Positions 33,709-42,194 of a DNA stretch of 44,458 bases are shown in pieces. This DNA is from an uncultured Ruminococcus sp. (GTDB lineage: Bacteria; Bacillota; Clostridia; Oscillospirales; CAG-272), in the NCBI GenBank assembly GCA_964474245.1, contig CAYYRY010000001.1, positions 222 to 44,679 of the forward strand, read 5' to 3'. The first letter of the stretch is position 1. The number at the start of each line of letters is the position of its first letter. The notes under the pieces were generated by a model. The model did no database searches. It was not told the DNA's origin and saw nothing but the letters and a program-made list of their open reading frames with translations. A program made the translations under genes and the position numbers.

Positions 33709-34593
33709 ATGAGTATTCAAAATAATATGATAAGACCCACCTTTTCCAAAAGTGTAATGGGTTACACGACAGGAGAGGTTGATAAATATGTTGATCACGT
33801 CAGCGAAAGATACGGCTCAGTTTGCCGTGAAAACACCGAGCTGAAAAGACGGGTGCTCTCTCTGACTGCACGGCTGAATGAGGCAGAGGAAAAAATCTCC
33901 GAGCTTGAAAAGATCTCCGTCACCAAAAAAGTGCTTGACAAAAGCGCGCTTTCAAAAGTTTTTGACTCTCTCAATGAAGAGAAAAAACGCTACGTATGCT
34001 TTATTGATTCCCTTATGGAAAAGCTCAACTCCATAACAGCCGATTTTGCAGAAGACTTACCTGACGATTCATGGCAAACTCTCCTTGATGAATTTCTCGA
34101 AGAGGTTCCCGTTCCCACCGAAGAAGAGGAAAAGGAAGTTTATGATGAGTTGTCCTCAGACGAAGGTTATATTGAAGACCTTTCTGCAGTGAGTGTTTCC
34201 GAAGACGCTGAAGCAGAGAAAGCTGTCCCCGAAACATCAGAAGTAATGTCCGATTCAAAAGATGAGACTGCTTTAGGAGATACTGACGAAGAGGACAACA
34301 GCCAAAACGGTCATGAAAAATCTATTACCGAGGACAATGATACTACCACGCCCGAAGAAGATAATGACAGCTCTGAAGATACGGTTCAGAAAAAGGATGA
34401 GACACAAAACGTGCATCAGGTCAGGAAAACTCCCGCAGAATTAGCCGCCGCACTCGATTTTTATACGGATGATACCTATGTTGACGGACAGAGTTTTGAC
34501 CCTATGACCATCGCCGCAGAATTCACAGCAAAAAAGAGTAAGCCCTCTTTTGAGGACTTGATGAGACCCATGCTGAATCCCGACGATCAGTAA
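33709..34593 (+). CDS. divIVA: DivIVA-domain protein with long acidic C-terminal region
   Basis: It has the N-terminal DivIVA motif (FSKSVMGYTTGEVDKYVDHV) followed by a coiled coil. The C-terminal half is D/E/T-rich. Confidence 0.75.
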   Translation: MSIQNNMIRPTFSKSVMGYTTGEVDKYVDHVSERYGSVCRENTELKRRVLSLTARLNEAEEKISELEKISVTKKVLDKSALSKVFDSLNEEKKRYVCFIDSLMEKLNSITADFAEDLPDDSWQTLLDEFLEEVPVPTEEEEKEVYDELSSDEGYIEDLSAVSVSEDAEAEKAVPETSEVMSDSKDETALGDTDEEDNSQNGHEKSITEDNDTTTPEEDNDSSEDTVQKKDETQNVHQVRKTPAELAAALDFYTDDTYVDGQSFDPMTIAAEFTAKKSKPSFEDLMRPMLNPDDQ

Positions 34594-34606
34594 ACGGAGG
34601 CATAAC

Positions 34607-35074
34607 TTGTTTATTTGTATATTAATTATGGTGCTGACGATAGCACTTGATCAGATTACAAAGCTTCTTACCCTTGCTTATCTCACCGATGCACCGATCA
34701 AGCTTATACCAAACGTACTTCACCTTACCTACGTTGAAAACCGAGGCGCCGCCTTCGGTATGCTGGCTGACCGCCGTTGGGTATTCATCGTGATATCCGT
34801 CGTTGCCATCGCCGGTCTTTTAGTTTATCTCATCGTGAAAAAACCGCAGGACAAGCTTCTTTCTATATCCCTCGCCCTCATTGCAGGCGGCGGTATCGGA
34901 AATATGATAGACCGTATTTTCCGAGGTTTTGTCGTTGATATGATCGACGTTACCTGCATAGATTTCTACGTATTCAACGTAGCAGATTCCGCTGTTTGTA
35001 TAGGATGCGGACTCCTTATCCTTTATATGATTCTTGATGAAGTGAGGACGAGAAAATCAAAGAGTGAAAAGTAA
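34607..35074 (+). CDS. lspA: Lipoprotein signal peptidase II
   Basis: It has the motifs NRGAAFG, GNMIDR and FNVADS. The TTG start follows GGAGG. Confidence 0.85.
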   Translation: MFICILIMVLTIALDQITKLLTLAYLTDAPIKLIPNVLHLTYVENRGAAFGMLADRRWVFIVISVVAIAGLLVYLIVKKPQDKLLSISLALIAGGGIGNMIDRIFRGFVVDMIDVTCIDFYVFNVADSAVCIGCGLLILYMILDEVRTRKSKSEK

Positions 35075-35158
35075 ACCGTGAAGAGAAGATGAAATTTTCC
35101 GACAAATCGGAGAATCACATTTTCTTTTCTCTTTTCAGCAATTTCTCAATTTTTTCAA

Positions 35159-36382
35159 ATGTTTAAATGTTTACCGGACTATATAATTCCCGTACTCGAC
35201 GTGCTTGAGGGGGCAGGATTTGAAGCGTATCTTGTCGGAGGTTGCGTCAGAGACAAAGCTCTGGGGAAAGCTCCAAACGACTACGACATCACTACCAATG
35301 CAAAGCCACACGAAATGATTTCGGTTTTCGAAGGATACCGCGTTATCGAAACGGGACTGAAGCATGGCACTCTTACGGTAGTGTCCGAGGGGGAGTGTGT
35401 GGAGATCACCACTTACCGTGTAGACGGTGAATATGCAGATAACCGCCACCCCACGTCCGTCAGTTTTACAGACGACATAACCCTTGATCTGTCACGCCGC
35501 GACTTCACGGTCAATGCCATGGCTTACAGCAGATGTCTCGGACTTTGTGATCCCTTTCACGGCATGGATGACCTGATGAAAAAAAACATAGTATGTGTCG
35601 GTGCTCCCGAGGACAGATTTAACGAGGACGGTCTCCGTATACTCCGTGCCCTGCGATTTGCATCCGTACTCGATTTTTCCATTGATGAGCCTACCTCTCG
35701 TGCTGTACACTCCATGCGGGATCTGCTTTTCTCCATATCAAAGGAGCGCATTTATACTGAAATCAAAAAGCTCCTGTGCGGCAACGGTGTCGTAAATATA
35801 CTGAAAATGTTTCCCGACGTAATTTCCATCTGCATTGACGGTATATCCAATGATGCTGTAATTAATAGTGCCGACAGTATAGCAAAGCTGCCGTGTGACC
35901 CGATCATCCGCCTTGCATATCTTGTAAAGCTGTCAGCAGATGCCCTCGGAATCTCATCAAAGGAGCACGCTGTTTGTCTGACAAAGCGTCTTAAAGCTTC
36001 CACTGCTGACGTGAAACGCACATCAACCCTTGCGGAGCTAATAGATACAGCCTATCCCTACGATGATATCTCGATCAAACACATGATGGGCAAGGTTGAA
36101 AGAGACAATATTCTCGCCTATGCCGCGCTCAGACAAGTTTACACCGCGGACACAGCATCTGCTGAGCTATTTCTTGCGTCCTATGAAGACGTATATTCAA
36201 AGCATCCGTGCGTAAGAATATCCGATCTTTCCGTTGGCGGAAATGACGTAATATCAGTTACAGGCAGAAAAGGTGCGCAAATAGGCAAAACTCTCGAGTA
36301 TCTTCTTGAAGAGGTCATAACAGGCAGAGTGTCAAACACCCGTGAATCCCTTATTGAAGTCCTTCAGAGCATTGCAGAGTAA
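35159..36382 (+). CDS. cca: CCA-adding tRNA nucleotidyltransferase
   Basis: It has the motifs GGCVRD, DYDITT and RRDFTVNAMA. Confidence 0.8.
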   Translation: MFKCLPDYIIPVLDVLEGAGFEAYLVGGCVRDKALGKAPNDYDITTNAKPHEMISVFEGYRVIETGLKHGTLTVVSEGECVEITTYRVDGEYADNRHPTSVSFTDDITLDLSRRDFTVNAMAYSRCLGLCDPFHGMDDLMKKNIVCVGAPEDRFNEDGLRILRALRFASVLDFSIDEPTSRAVHSMRDLLFSISKERIYTEIKKLLCGNGVVNILKMFPDVISICIDGISNDAVINSADSIAKLPCDPIIRLAYLVKLSADALGISSKEHAVCLTKRLKASTADVKRTSTLAELIDTAYPYDDISIKHMMGKVERDNILAYAALRQVYTADTASAELFLASYEDVYSKHPCVRISDLSVGGNDVISVTGRKGAQIGKTLEYLLEEVITGRVSNTRESLIEVLQSIAE

Positions 36383-36384
36383 AA

Positions 36385-37338
36385 ATGAAAAAGATAACGC
36401 AAAGAGACTCAAATCCATATAAATATTCCGATACCAACAAGAGGTATCAGACCTACGACTACTACACCCGTCATACCTTCGGCGGAAAATGTGCAAGAGT
36501 ACCTCTTGATGCAGGCTTTTCATGCCCCAACAAGGATGGCTCCTGCGGCAGAGGCGGATGTATATTCTGCCTCTCGGGAAGCGCCGCCGCACTTCCCGGT
36601 ACATTAAAAGAACAGTATGACCGTGCAGTAGAAACAGCAGGCAGAAAGTGGTCTCCTGTGGGTTATATACCGTATCTTCAGGCGAACACCAACACATACG
36701 CTCCCGCAGACGTGCTTAGAAGGATATATGATGAAGCCGCATCCCTGCCCAATTCAGTCATGCTTGGCATTGCAACAAGGGCCGACTGCCTGTCAGACGA
36801 AGCTGTGGATGAAATAGTCAGAATATCGGAAAAGCTGCCCGTAATGGTAGAGCTTGGACTTCAAAGCTCCTCAGACATAACGGCAAAGAGGATCAATCGT
36901 GGCCACAGCTTTGAAGTTTTCCTTGCAGGCTATGGAAAACTCCGTGCCGCAGGGGGAAACGTAAATATAGGAATACATATTATCAACGGTCTCCCCGGGG
37001 AGACGAGGGAGGATATGATGAACACCGCCCGAGACGTTGCCCGTCTTGCCCCGGAGCAGGTGAAGATACATCTTCTGAACGTTCTGAAAAACACTCCCCT
37101 TGCGGAAATGTATCTGTCGGGTGAATATACTCCCATGGAGCGAGAGGACTATATCTCCACCGTATGTGATCAGCTTGAATTACTCCCCGAAAAGACCGTC
37201 ATCGGACGCATCACAGGCGACAGCGAAGCCGACGTGCTCCTCGCCCCCGAATGGAGCCGCAGAAAAACTGAGATCACCAACATGATCGACCGCGAGCTTT
37301 ACCTACGAGATTCTTGGCAGGGGAAGTTTTATAAGTGA
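36385..37338 (+). CDS. TIGR01212-family radical SAM protein
   Basis: It has the characteristic CPNKDGSCGRGGCIFC cluster motif and is about 317 aa long. Confidence 0.8.
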   Translation: MKKITQRDSNPYKYSDTNKRYQTYDYYTRHTFGGKCARVPLDAGFSCPNKDGSCGRGGCIFCLSGSAAALPGTLKEQYDRAVETAGRKWSPVGYIPYLQANTNTYAPADVLRRIYDEAASLPNSVMLGIATRADCLSDEAVDEIVRISEKLPVMVELGLQSSSDITAKRINRGHSFEVFLAGYGKLRAAGGNVNIGIHIINGLPGETREDMMNTARDVARLAPEQVKIHLLNVLKNTPLAEMYLSGEYTPMEREDYISTVCDQLELLPEKTVIGRITGDSEADVLLAPEWSRRKTEITNMIDRELYLRDSWQGKFYK

Positions 37339-37424
37339 AAATTGAGACACTTGAAAGATACCGTAATGAATATTAGTAAATGATTCGTTCTTTAATGATA
37401 AAGATAACGAAAATTTCAAATTAT

Positions 37425-37458
37425 AGCACCGTAAAACTGCCCACGTTTCTACGGTGCT
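37425..37458 (+). repeat. Hairpin AGCACCGTA-(AAACTGCCCACGTTTC)-TACGGTGCT followed by T-rich tract
   Basis: It is the second copy of the AGCACCG...CCACGT...CGGTGCT hairpin (see 30701-30729) and is the likely terminator of the radical SAM gene. Confidence 0.75.
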
Positions 37459-37462
37459 GTTA

Positions 37463-37795
37463 TTATTTTATAAGGTATACTTCAATAGGTTTCCCCCTTT
37501 TTTGAGCTTCATTGATTACAAATTTTGTTCCCCTTGATATCCCATCCCAAATTGCTATTATTTCATCTGCATATTCAATTATTTCTATATTTCTCTTCAA
37601 AGCCGCACATCTACCGAACTTCTCCCACTGTGGTAAATATTCTGTCAGTTTTATATTTTTCTCTTTAGCATATTGAGCTGCACAGGTATCTATACCGGTT
37701 GCCCCTCCGGAAATAATCTCATCCGTATATTAAGGAATATATTCACTTATATCATCTAAATGAATCCCTCTTGAACCAATCACCGCAATCTTCAT
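37463..37795 (-). pseudogene. DUF2493/SLOG-type (DprA-like fold) gene interrupted by an in-frame TAA
   Basis: My manual minus-strand translation reads MKIAVIGSRGIHLDDISEYIP*YTDEIISGGATGIDTCAAQYAKEKNIKLTEYLPQWEKFGRCAALKRNIEIIEYADEIIAIWDGISRGTKFVINEAQKRGKPIEVYLIK*. The stop codon is at 37730-37732 in the same frame. The gene is absent from the ORF track because both pieces fall below its threshold. Confidence 0.7.
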
Positions 37796-37813
37796 ATAAC
37801 ACCTTTTTAATTC

Positions 37814-37832
37814 GTCATTATGATGTCATTAT
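37814..37832. promoter_or_regulatory. Direct repeats GTCATTAT x2 spaced 11 bp (third variant GTCATAAT at 37875)
   Basis: They lie in the divergent intergenic region between the SLOG pseudogene and the RHH gene. The spacing is one helical turn, as for Arc/CopG-type operators. Confidence 0.35.
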
Positions 37833-37910
37833 AACACCATTTCCGTTTTTGCGCAATAATTTCACTATAATTGAGTCATAATAATGTTGTTATATATGCG
37901 AGGCAATACA

Positions 37911-38090
37911 ATGGACGATAAAATTCTGAGATACACGTTAAGAATAGACCGATATCTTTTCAAAAAATTCCGATACGTTGCGGAATATGAAGGTAGAAGC
38001 GCTAACAGAGAAATAGAGCAATTCATTAAGAAGCTCGTGGCAGAATTTGAAAAAGAACACGGAAAGATAGAGTTTGACGACGAAGACTAA
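37911..38090 (+). CDS. Ribbon-helix-helix (Arc/CopG-like) DNA-binding protein
   Basis: The start at ATG 37911 gives MDDKILRYTLRIDRYLFKKFRYVAEYEGRSANREIEQFIKKLV, a beta-strand plus two helices, which is the RHH pattern. The product is 59 aa with an acidic C-terminus. Confidence 0.6.
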   Translation: MDDKILRYTLRIDRYLFKKFRYVAEYEGRSANREIEQFIKKLVAEFEKEHGKIEFDDED

Positions 38091-38097
38091 GTCGTCG

Positions 38098-38158
38098 GTA
38101 TGACAAACGAGTAGGAGGCTGACCATTAGTTGATCAGCCTCCTACTCGTTTGTCATAC
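38098..38158. terminator. Perfect 25-bp-stem hairpin between convergent RHH gene and trxA
   Basis: GTATGACAAACGAGTAGGAGGCTGA - 11 nt - TCAGCCTCCTACTCGTTTGTCATAC. It explains the mirrored SLLLVCHT peptides in two spurious ORFs. Confidence 0.7.
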
Positions 38159-38165
38159 TGTCGTT

Positions 38166-38474
38166 TTACTTTGCAAGTTCAGCCAATATCTCAGATTTCT
38201 GACGGAATCCGACGATGCGGGACACTTCCCTTCCGCCCTTAAGGATAACCAGCGTAGGAATATTCATGATCCCAAACTGACGGGCAAGCTCGCCCTCGTC
38301 GTCTACGTTGATCTTACCTACGGTGTATTCCGGATGCTCCTCTGCGATCTCCTCAATGATGGGGGCGATCATCTTGCAGGGACCGCACCACGTTGCCCAG
38401 AAGTCTACAAGCACAGGCTTGTCACTTTTCAGTACGATCTCATCAAAATTTGCTTTTGTAATTACGTTTGCCAT
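38166..38474 (-). CDS. trxA: Thioredoxin
   Basis: It has the WCGPCK active site and is 102 aa long. GGAG lies 6 nt upstream. Confidence 0.9.
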   Translation of the reverse strand: MANVITKANFDEIVLKSDKPVLVDFWATWCGPCKMIAPIIEEIAEEHPEYTVGKINVDDEGELARQFGIMNIPTLVILKGGREVSRIVGFRQKSEILAELAK

Positions 38475-38520
38475 ATTTTTCTCCGTTTCTCCGCGGTATG
38501 CGGTCTTTTTTGATTTTCAT

Positions 38521-38724
38521 TTAATTATCTTTTTCTTTGTAGTAAAGCATACAGTGGCAATATCCTTCAAATTCGGGATCAGCCATCTGCTCTCGGAATT
38601 CAAGGCAAATACACTTGTTTTCTTCCGTCATTTCAAGACGGCAGGGACAATATCCTCCCTTAGCCTTGAGTCCTTCGCGAATAGACTTTACTATCTCTTC
38701 ATCACTGTTCAGTCTGATTGCCAT
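38521..38724 (-). CDS. Ferredoxin-thioredoxin reductase catalytic-subunit-like small protein
   Basis: It is 67 aa with three CxC pairs (CPC, CIC, CHC), as in FTR catalytic chains. An AGGAGGG RBS lies inside the upstream gene. Confidence 0.65.
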   Translation of the reverse strand: MAIRLNSDEEIVKSIREGLKAKGGYCPCRLEMTEENKCICLEFREQMADPEFEGYCHCMLYYKEKDN

Positions 38725-40846
38725 TTTCTCCCTCCTTTACTATCTCAAAATTTATTTTATCGTTATCGGTGAATTCAATATCCGTCTCACCGAAAACAAA
38801 TCCGTTATCAGCCACCTGTGCTACACTCAGACTACCTATCTCATTAATATCGGTCGCCACTATCAGCTCTTTACTTATATAAACAGTGTACCTTCGTTTC
38901 CCGTCAATTACTATGACGCTGGATTCAGTAAAGCCGTCACCGAATACGTAAAGAACTCCGTTTTTTATGAACGACCTGTCGGATGAAATATCATGCCACC
39001 CGAAGCGCATATCAGGAATGTCATAAGGGAAAGTCCCTCCGTATGCGTATTTTTCTCCGAAGAAAATATCGTATGCTATATCGCTGAGCTTTTCCTTTGC
39101 CTCTTCCCCTTCACTTGCCAACTGATGTATTTTTGTTATTACTCCTCCGTCGATATCAAGCATTCCAAGAACCTTCGACGACAGCTCATAGGAATAGATA
39201 TCCTCATCCGGGTGATCGAGAGAAAAATTACTCCATATTACATATTCCGTATTATATACCGAACCGCTTCTTATATCATCTTCCGTCAGATCAAGGCTCG
39301 GCTGATGGTCACCGAAAAATACGATGACAGTGTCCTCACTGATCTGAGACACCTGCGATAGCAGCTCGCCAATAAACCTGTCAGTTTCGTATATCTGATT
39401 GACGTAATACTCCATAGCGTAAAGTGACGCATCCTCATATTCGCCGGTTACCTTTATGTCCCCGTAATCTCCCGGGACGCTTACGTATTTTCCGTGAGCC
39501 TGTACGGATATGGCATAAATGAAATCCGCACCTTCGGTGCTCTTCACGGCACCGAGTATCTGTTCACATAGCACGTCGTCATGCGCCCAGCCGAGCATGT
39601 TCCGATCTACGTCGGACATATATTCAACCGGGGTAAAGGTATCAAAGCCTAAATTTTTCATTACGATATATCTATCGTAAAACGTTCCCGTGTGATTATG
39701 GAAGGAATGTGAAGTATATCCGTTTTTTCTCATGTAATACGCCATTGATTCGCACGGATTTTCCGTAAGATAGGTCTCATACGGATATTCTCCCAGTCCG
39801 AATACAGATAAAGGAATACCGCACAGCACCTCAAACTCGGTATTTACCGTGCCTGCCCCGGCAACGGGAACAGTCAATGCTCCCGAAGGACACGTCTCTC
39901 TTATTGCCGTAAAATTCGGTATAGGGTTTTCCGAAATTTCAAGTCCGTTTATCTCCTTAGGATCAAAGAAGGATTCAAGCTGAACGAAGATAACGTTAGG
40001 ACGCATAATCTCCAAGGGATCATCTGCTGAATTCAAGGTAGTCTCTTCTTCAGGATCATCTCTGAGATCTGTCTCTGACAAAATTTCTGTCTCCTCCTCA
40101 GGCTCGTCACCGGCGGCAGTATCTGCGGTAGTCTCCGGATTTTTTTCCTCTGACAGCATATTTGATATATTCACTCTCGAATATTCGTCGGGTCTCTCGA
40201 TACCTCTGTCAACACAGCTTAAGGAAAAGCTGTAGATAAAGCCGTATTCGCGATACACCTCGGGAAGATTCATGGAATCTATATCATCCGAAAAAACGAA
40301 TGCGGACGAGATAAAAGCTGCAATGGTAAGAACTGACGATATCGCTATACACACTGCGGAATTTTTGTAGTCGGTCTTCTCCTTGGGAAGCTTAATCATC
40401 ATTATTACAGCCAAAGCAATGGCTGACAATATGAGTAGCACTATAAGAAAAGCCTGGAGTGGAGAAATATATATGCCTATTATGCTGAAAACCGAAAATA
40501 ATATACTGAAATCGACTGCCGACAACGGATTTATTCTGTAGCTGAGAAGTATACTGTTAGCTATAGCTATGCCGATCCAGAATCCCTCTACCAGAATAAA
40601 CGTACCTATTCTTCTTGATGCGGGGAGAGTCAGAGTAAACGAAAAATATACTATGAGTACGGCGGAAACAAATGAAAGCGGGTGACGAAACATAAACGTC
40701 AATCCATACGGTAAACCAAGGTTCAAAACTTCCGCAAAAGTCACTGTCAGAACAGCCCAGACTACATATCTTGCAGACGGTAAAACGAATACTGACGAGA
40801 TAAAGCGATATATCCTTATCACCGCATTTACTAACTTCTCTTTCAT
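38702..40846 (-). CDS. LtaS-family (sulfatase-domain) membrane protein with extra C-terminal domain
   Basis: I prefer the start at ATG 40846 (MKEKLV), after AAGGAG. It has N-terminal TM helices, an acidic linker, a sulfatase core (NVIFVQLESFFDP, FFGDHQP) and about 100 aa of extra C-terminus. It overlaps the FTR-like gene by 23 nt. Confidence 0.75.
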   Translation of the reverse strand: MKEKLVNAVIRIYRFISSVFVLPSARYVVWAVLTVTFAEVLNLGLPYGLTFMFRHPLSFVSAVLIVYFSFTLTLPASRRIGTFILVEGFWIGIAIANSILLSYRINPLSAVDFSILFSVFSIIGIYISPLQAFLIVLLILSAIALAVIMMIKLPKEKTDYKNSAVCIAISSVLTIAAFISSAFVFSDDIDSMNLPEVYREYGFIYSFSLSCVDRGIERPDEYSRVNISNMLSEEKNPETTADTAAGDEPEEETEILSETDLRDDPEEETTLNSADDPLEIMRPNVIFVQLESFFDPKEINGLEISENPIPNFTAIRETCPSGALTVPVAGAGTVNTEFEVLCGIPLSVFGLGEYPYETYLTENPCESMAYYMRKNGYTSHSFHNHTGTFYDRYIVMKNLGFDTFTPVEYMSDVDRNMLGWAHDDVLCEQILGAVKSTEGADFIYAISVQAHGKYVSVPGDYGDIKVTGEYEDASLYAMEYYVNQIYETDRFIGELLSQVSQISEDTVIVFFGDHQPSLDLTEDDIRSGSVYNTEYVIWSNFSLDHPDEDIYSYELSSKVLGMLDIDGGVITKIHQLASEGEEAKEKLSDIAYDIFFGEKYAYGGTFPYDIPDMRFGWHDISSDRSFIKNGVLYVFGDGFTESSVIVIDGKRRYTVYISKELIVATDINEIGSLSVAQVADNGFVFGETDIEFTDNDKINFEIVKEGENGNQTEQ

Positions 40847-41005
40847 ATACACTCCTTTCCAACGCTTATTCTGTATATCACCATTATTATACAGCCGCGG
40901 AACTTAAATTTCAAGTCGTTATTAAATATAGATTATGATTAAAATGTAAACCCCTGTCTTTTACCGGTATCAACACAAGGAAACTCATCAATTAACAAAT
41001 TCCAC

Positions 41006-41034
41006 TTGAATATGATCTTAAATTATGGTATCAT
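41006..41034 (+). promoter_or_regulatory. Putative promoter of metF (TTGAAT-17-TATCAT with TGn)
   Basis: The -35 is at 41006-41011 and the -10 at 41029-41034. Confidence 0.45.
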
Positions 41035-41039
41035 ATTAT

Positions 41040-41300
41040 AGTATAGTAAAATTGAGAAAGTGTTTATTCTTCCGTTGTCCCCTTTGATTATTCAGACAGC
41101 TCAGGCTCAATACTCAAAAATAACTCTGTTTATACATCCTGCGGCTGAATGGAGGTAAGTCTGAAAATTAAGTGTGACTATGGCACACATCAGTTTTTCA
41201 GATTCAATTTGTGCCTTGCCGCCAAAAGGCGGGCGGCATTTATCTCAGACTCAAGGCTGAGATAAAACATCACAGATCAAAAAAGGCATGGTCATAAAGT
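41040..41300 (+). promoter_or_regulatory. Long structured 5' leader of metF (unclassified candidate riboswitch or attenuator)
   Basis: It has nested helices at 41160-41202 (TCTGAAAA/TTTTCAGA enclosing GTGTG/CACAC). A GC hairpin at 41217-41238 (TGCCGCC/GGCGGCA) is followed by TTTATCTC, and a further hairpin lies at 41240-41265 (TTATCTCAG/CTGAGATAA). Confidence 0.4.
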
Positions 41301-42194
41301 ATGAAGATCTCAGATATATTAAAATACGACGGACACCATCTCTCATTTGAGGTGTTCCCTCCCAAAACCGATACTGCATTTGAAAACGTCAAATTTGCCG
41401 CTGAGACAATTGCAAGGCTTTCCCCCACGTTTATGAGCGTCACTTACGGCGCAGGAGGGGGCACCAGCCAATACACCTTAGAGATAGCGAAGGATATCGA
41501 AAAAATGACGGGAATACCGACTCTCGCCCATCTCACCTGTGTTTCTTCTACCCACGAGACTGTCACATCCCGTATCGAAGACATGAAAAATGCCGGTATC
41601 GAAAACGTTATGGCTCTCCGAGGCGATCTCACACCCGAGCTTGCCTCCTCCGACAGAAGCGCATGGCATTATAAGCACGCATCCGATCTCATCAGAGAGC
41701 TTAAGGAATCGGATGCCGGTTTCTGTATAGGAGGTGCTTGCTATCCCGAGGTACATCCTGAAAGCTCCGACAGCCGCGATGATATAAAGCATCTGAAGGA
41801 AAAGGTAGATGCAGGCTGTGATTTTCTCACTACACAGATGTTTTTCGACAATAACCTCCTATATAACTTCCTTTACAGAATAAGAGAAGCCGGCATTACT
41901 GTCCCCGTAGTTGCAGGTATCATGCCGATCACTGCGGCAAATCAGGTAGAACGTGCCATAAAGCTTTCAGGCTCATTCATGCCTCAGAGATTCAAGAGCA
42001 TCGTTGACCGTTTCGGTGACAATCCTGCCGCAATGAAGCAAGCGGGTATTGCTTACGCCACAGATCAGATAATCGACCTTTACGCAAACGGCATCACCAA
42101 TGTTCACGTATATTCCATGAATAAGCCCGACGTTGCTGAAAAGATAAGGGATAATCTTTCCGAGATAATCACAAATCCTCTGAAAAATGTTTGA
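41301..42194 (+). CDS. metF: 5,10-methylenetetrahydrofolate reductase
   Basis: It has the motifs LSFEVFPPKT and ALRGD and a typical length. Confidence 0.85.
   Translation: MKISDILKYDGHHLSFEVFPPKTDTAFENVKFAAETIARLSPTFMSVTYGAGGGTSQYTLEIAKDIEKMTGIPTLAHLTCVSSTHETVTSRIEDMKNAGIENVMALRGDLTPELASSDRSAWHYKHASDLIRELKESDAGFCIGGACYPEVHPESSDSRDDIKHLKEKVDAGCDFLTTQMFFDNNLLYNFLYRIREAGITVPVVAGIMPITAANQVERAIKLSGSFMPQRFKSIVDRFGDNPAAMKQAGIAYATDQIIDLYANGITNVHVYSMNKPDVAEKIRDNLSEIITNPLKNV

Noticed and set aside
37938-38513. ORFs 37938..38126 (-) and 38130..38513 (+), both beginning or ending with SLLLVCHT.
   Set aside because: The shared peptide comes from translating the two arms of the 25-bp palindrome at 38098-38158. 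The remainder is antisense to the RHH gene and to trxA respectively.
41149-41265. A 38-codon sORF (MEVSLKIKCDYGTHQFF...) inside the metF leader, and a 20-codon uORF (41288-41350) overlapping the metF start.
   Set aside because: The first ATG is part of the recurrent GAATGGAG SD-like block and has no RBS of its own. The second has AAGG only 2-3 nt upstream. Neither has a Met-rich or otherwise meaningful leader-peptide composition, so I do not call them as genes.
41040-41300. Assigning the metF leader to a known riboswitch class (SAM-I/S-box, Met T-box, cobalamin, ZTP, THF-I).
   Set aside because: I could not find the SAM-I core (GAGGGA...GCCC...GCAACC), the T-box 14-mer (GGGTGGTACCGCG), a B12 box or the ZTP CCGCCTGGGC element. 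The THF-I-like nested helices lack the loop-to-3'-tail pseudoknot complement. I left it unclassified rather than forcing a name.
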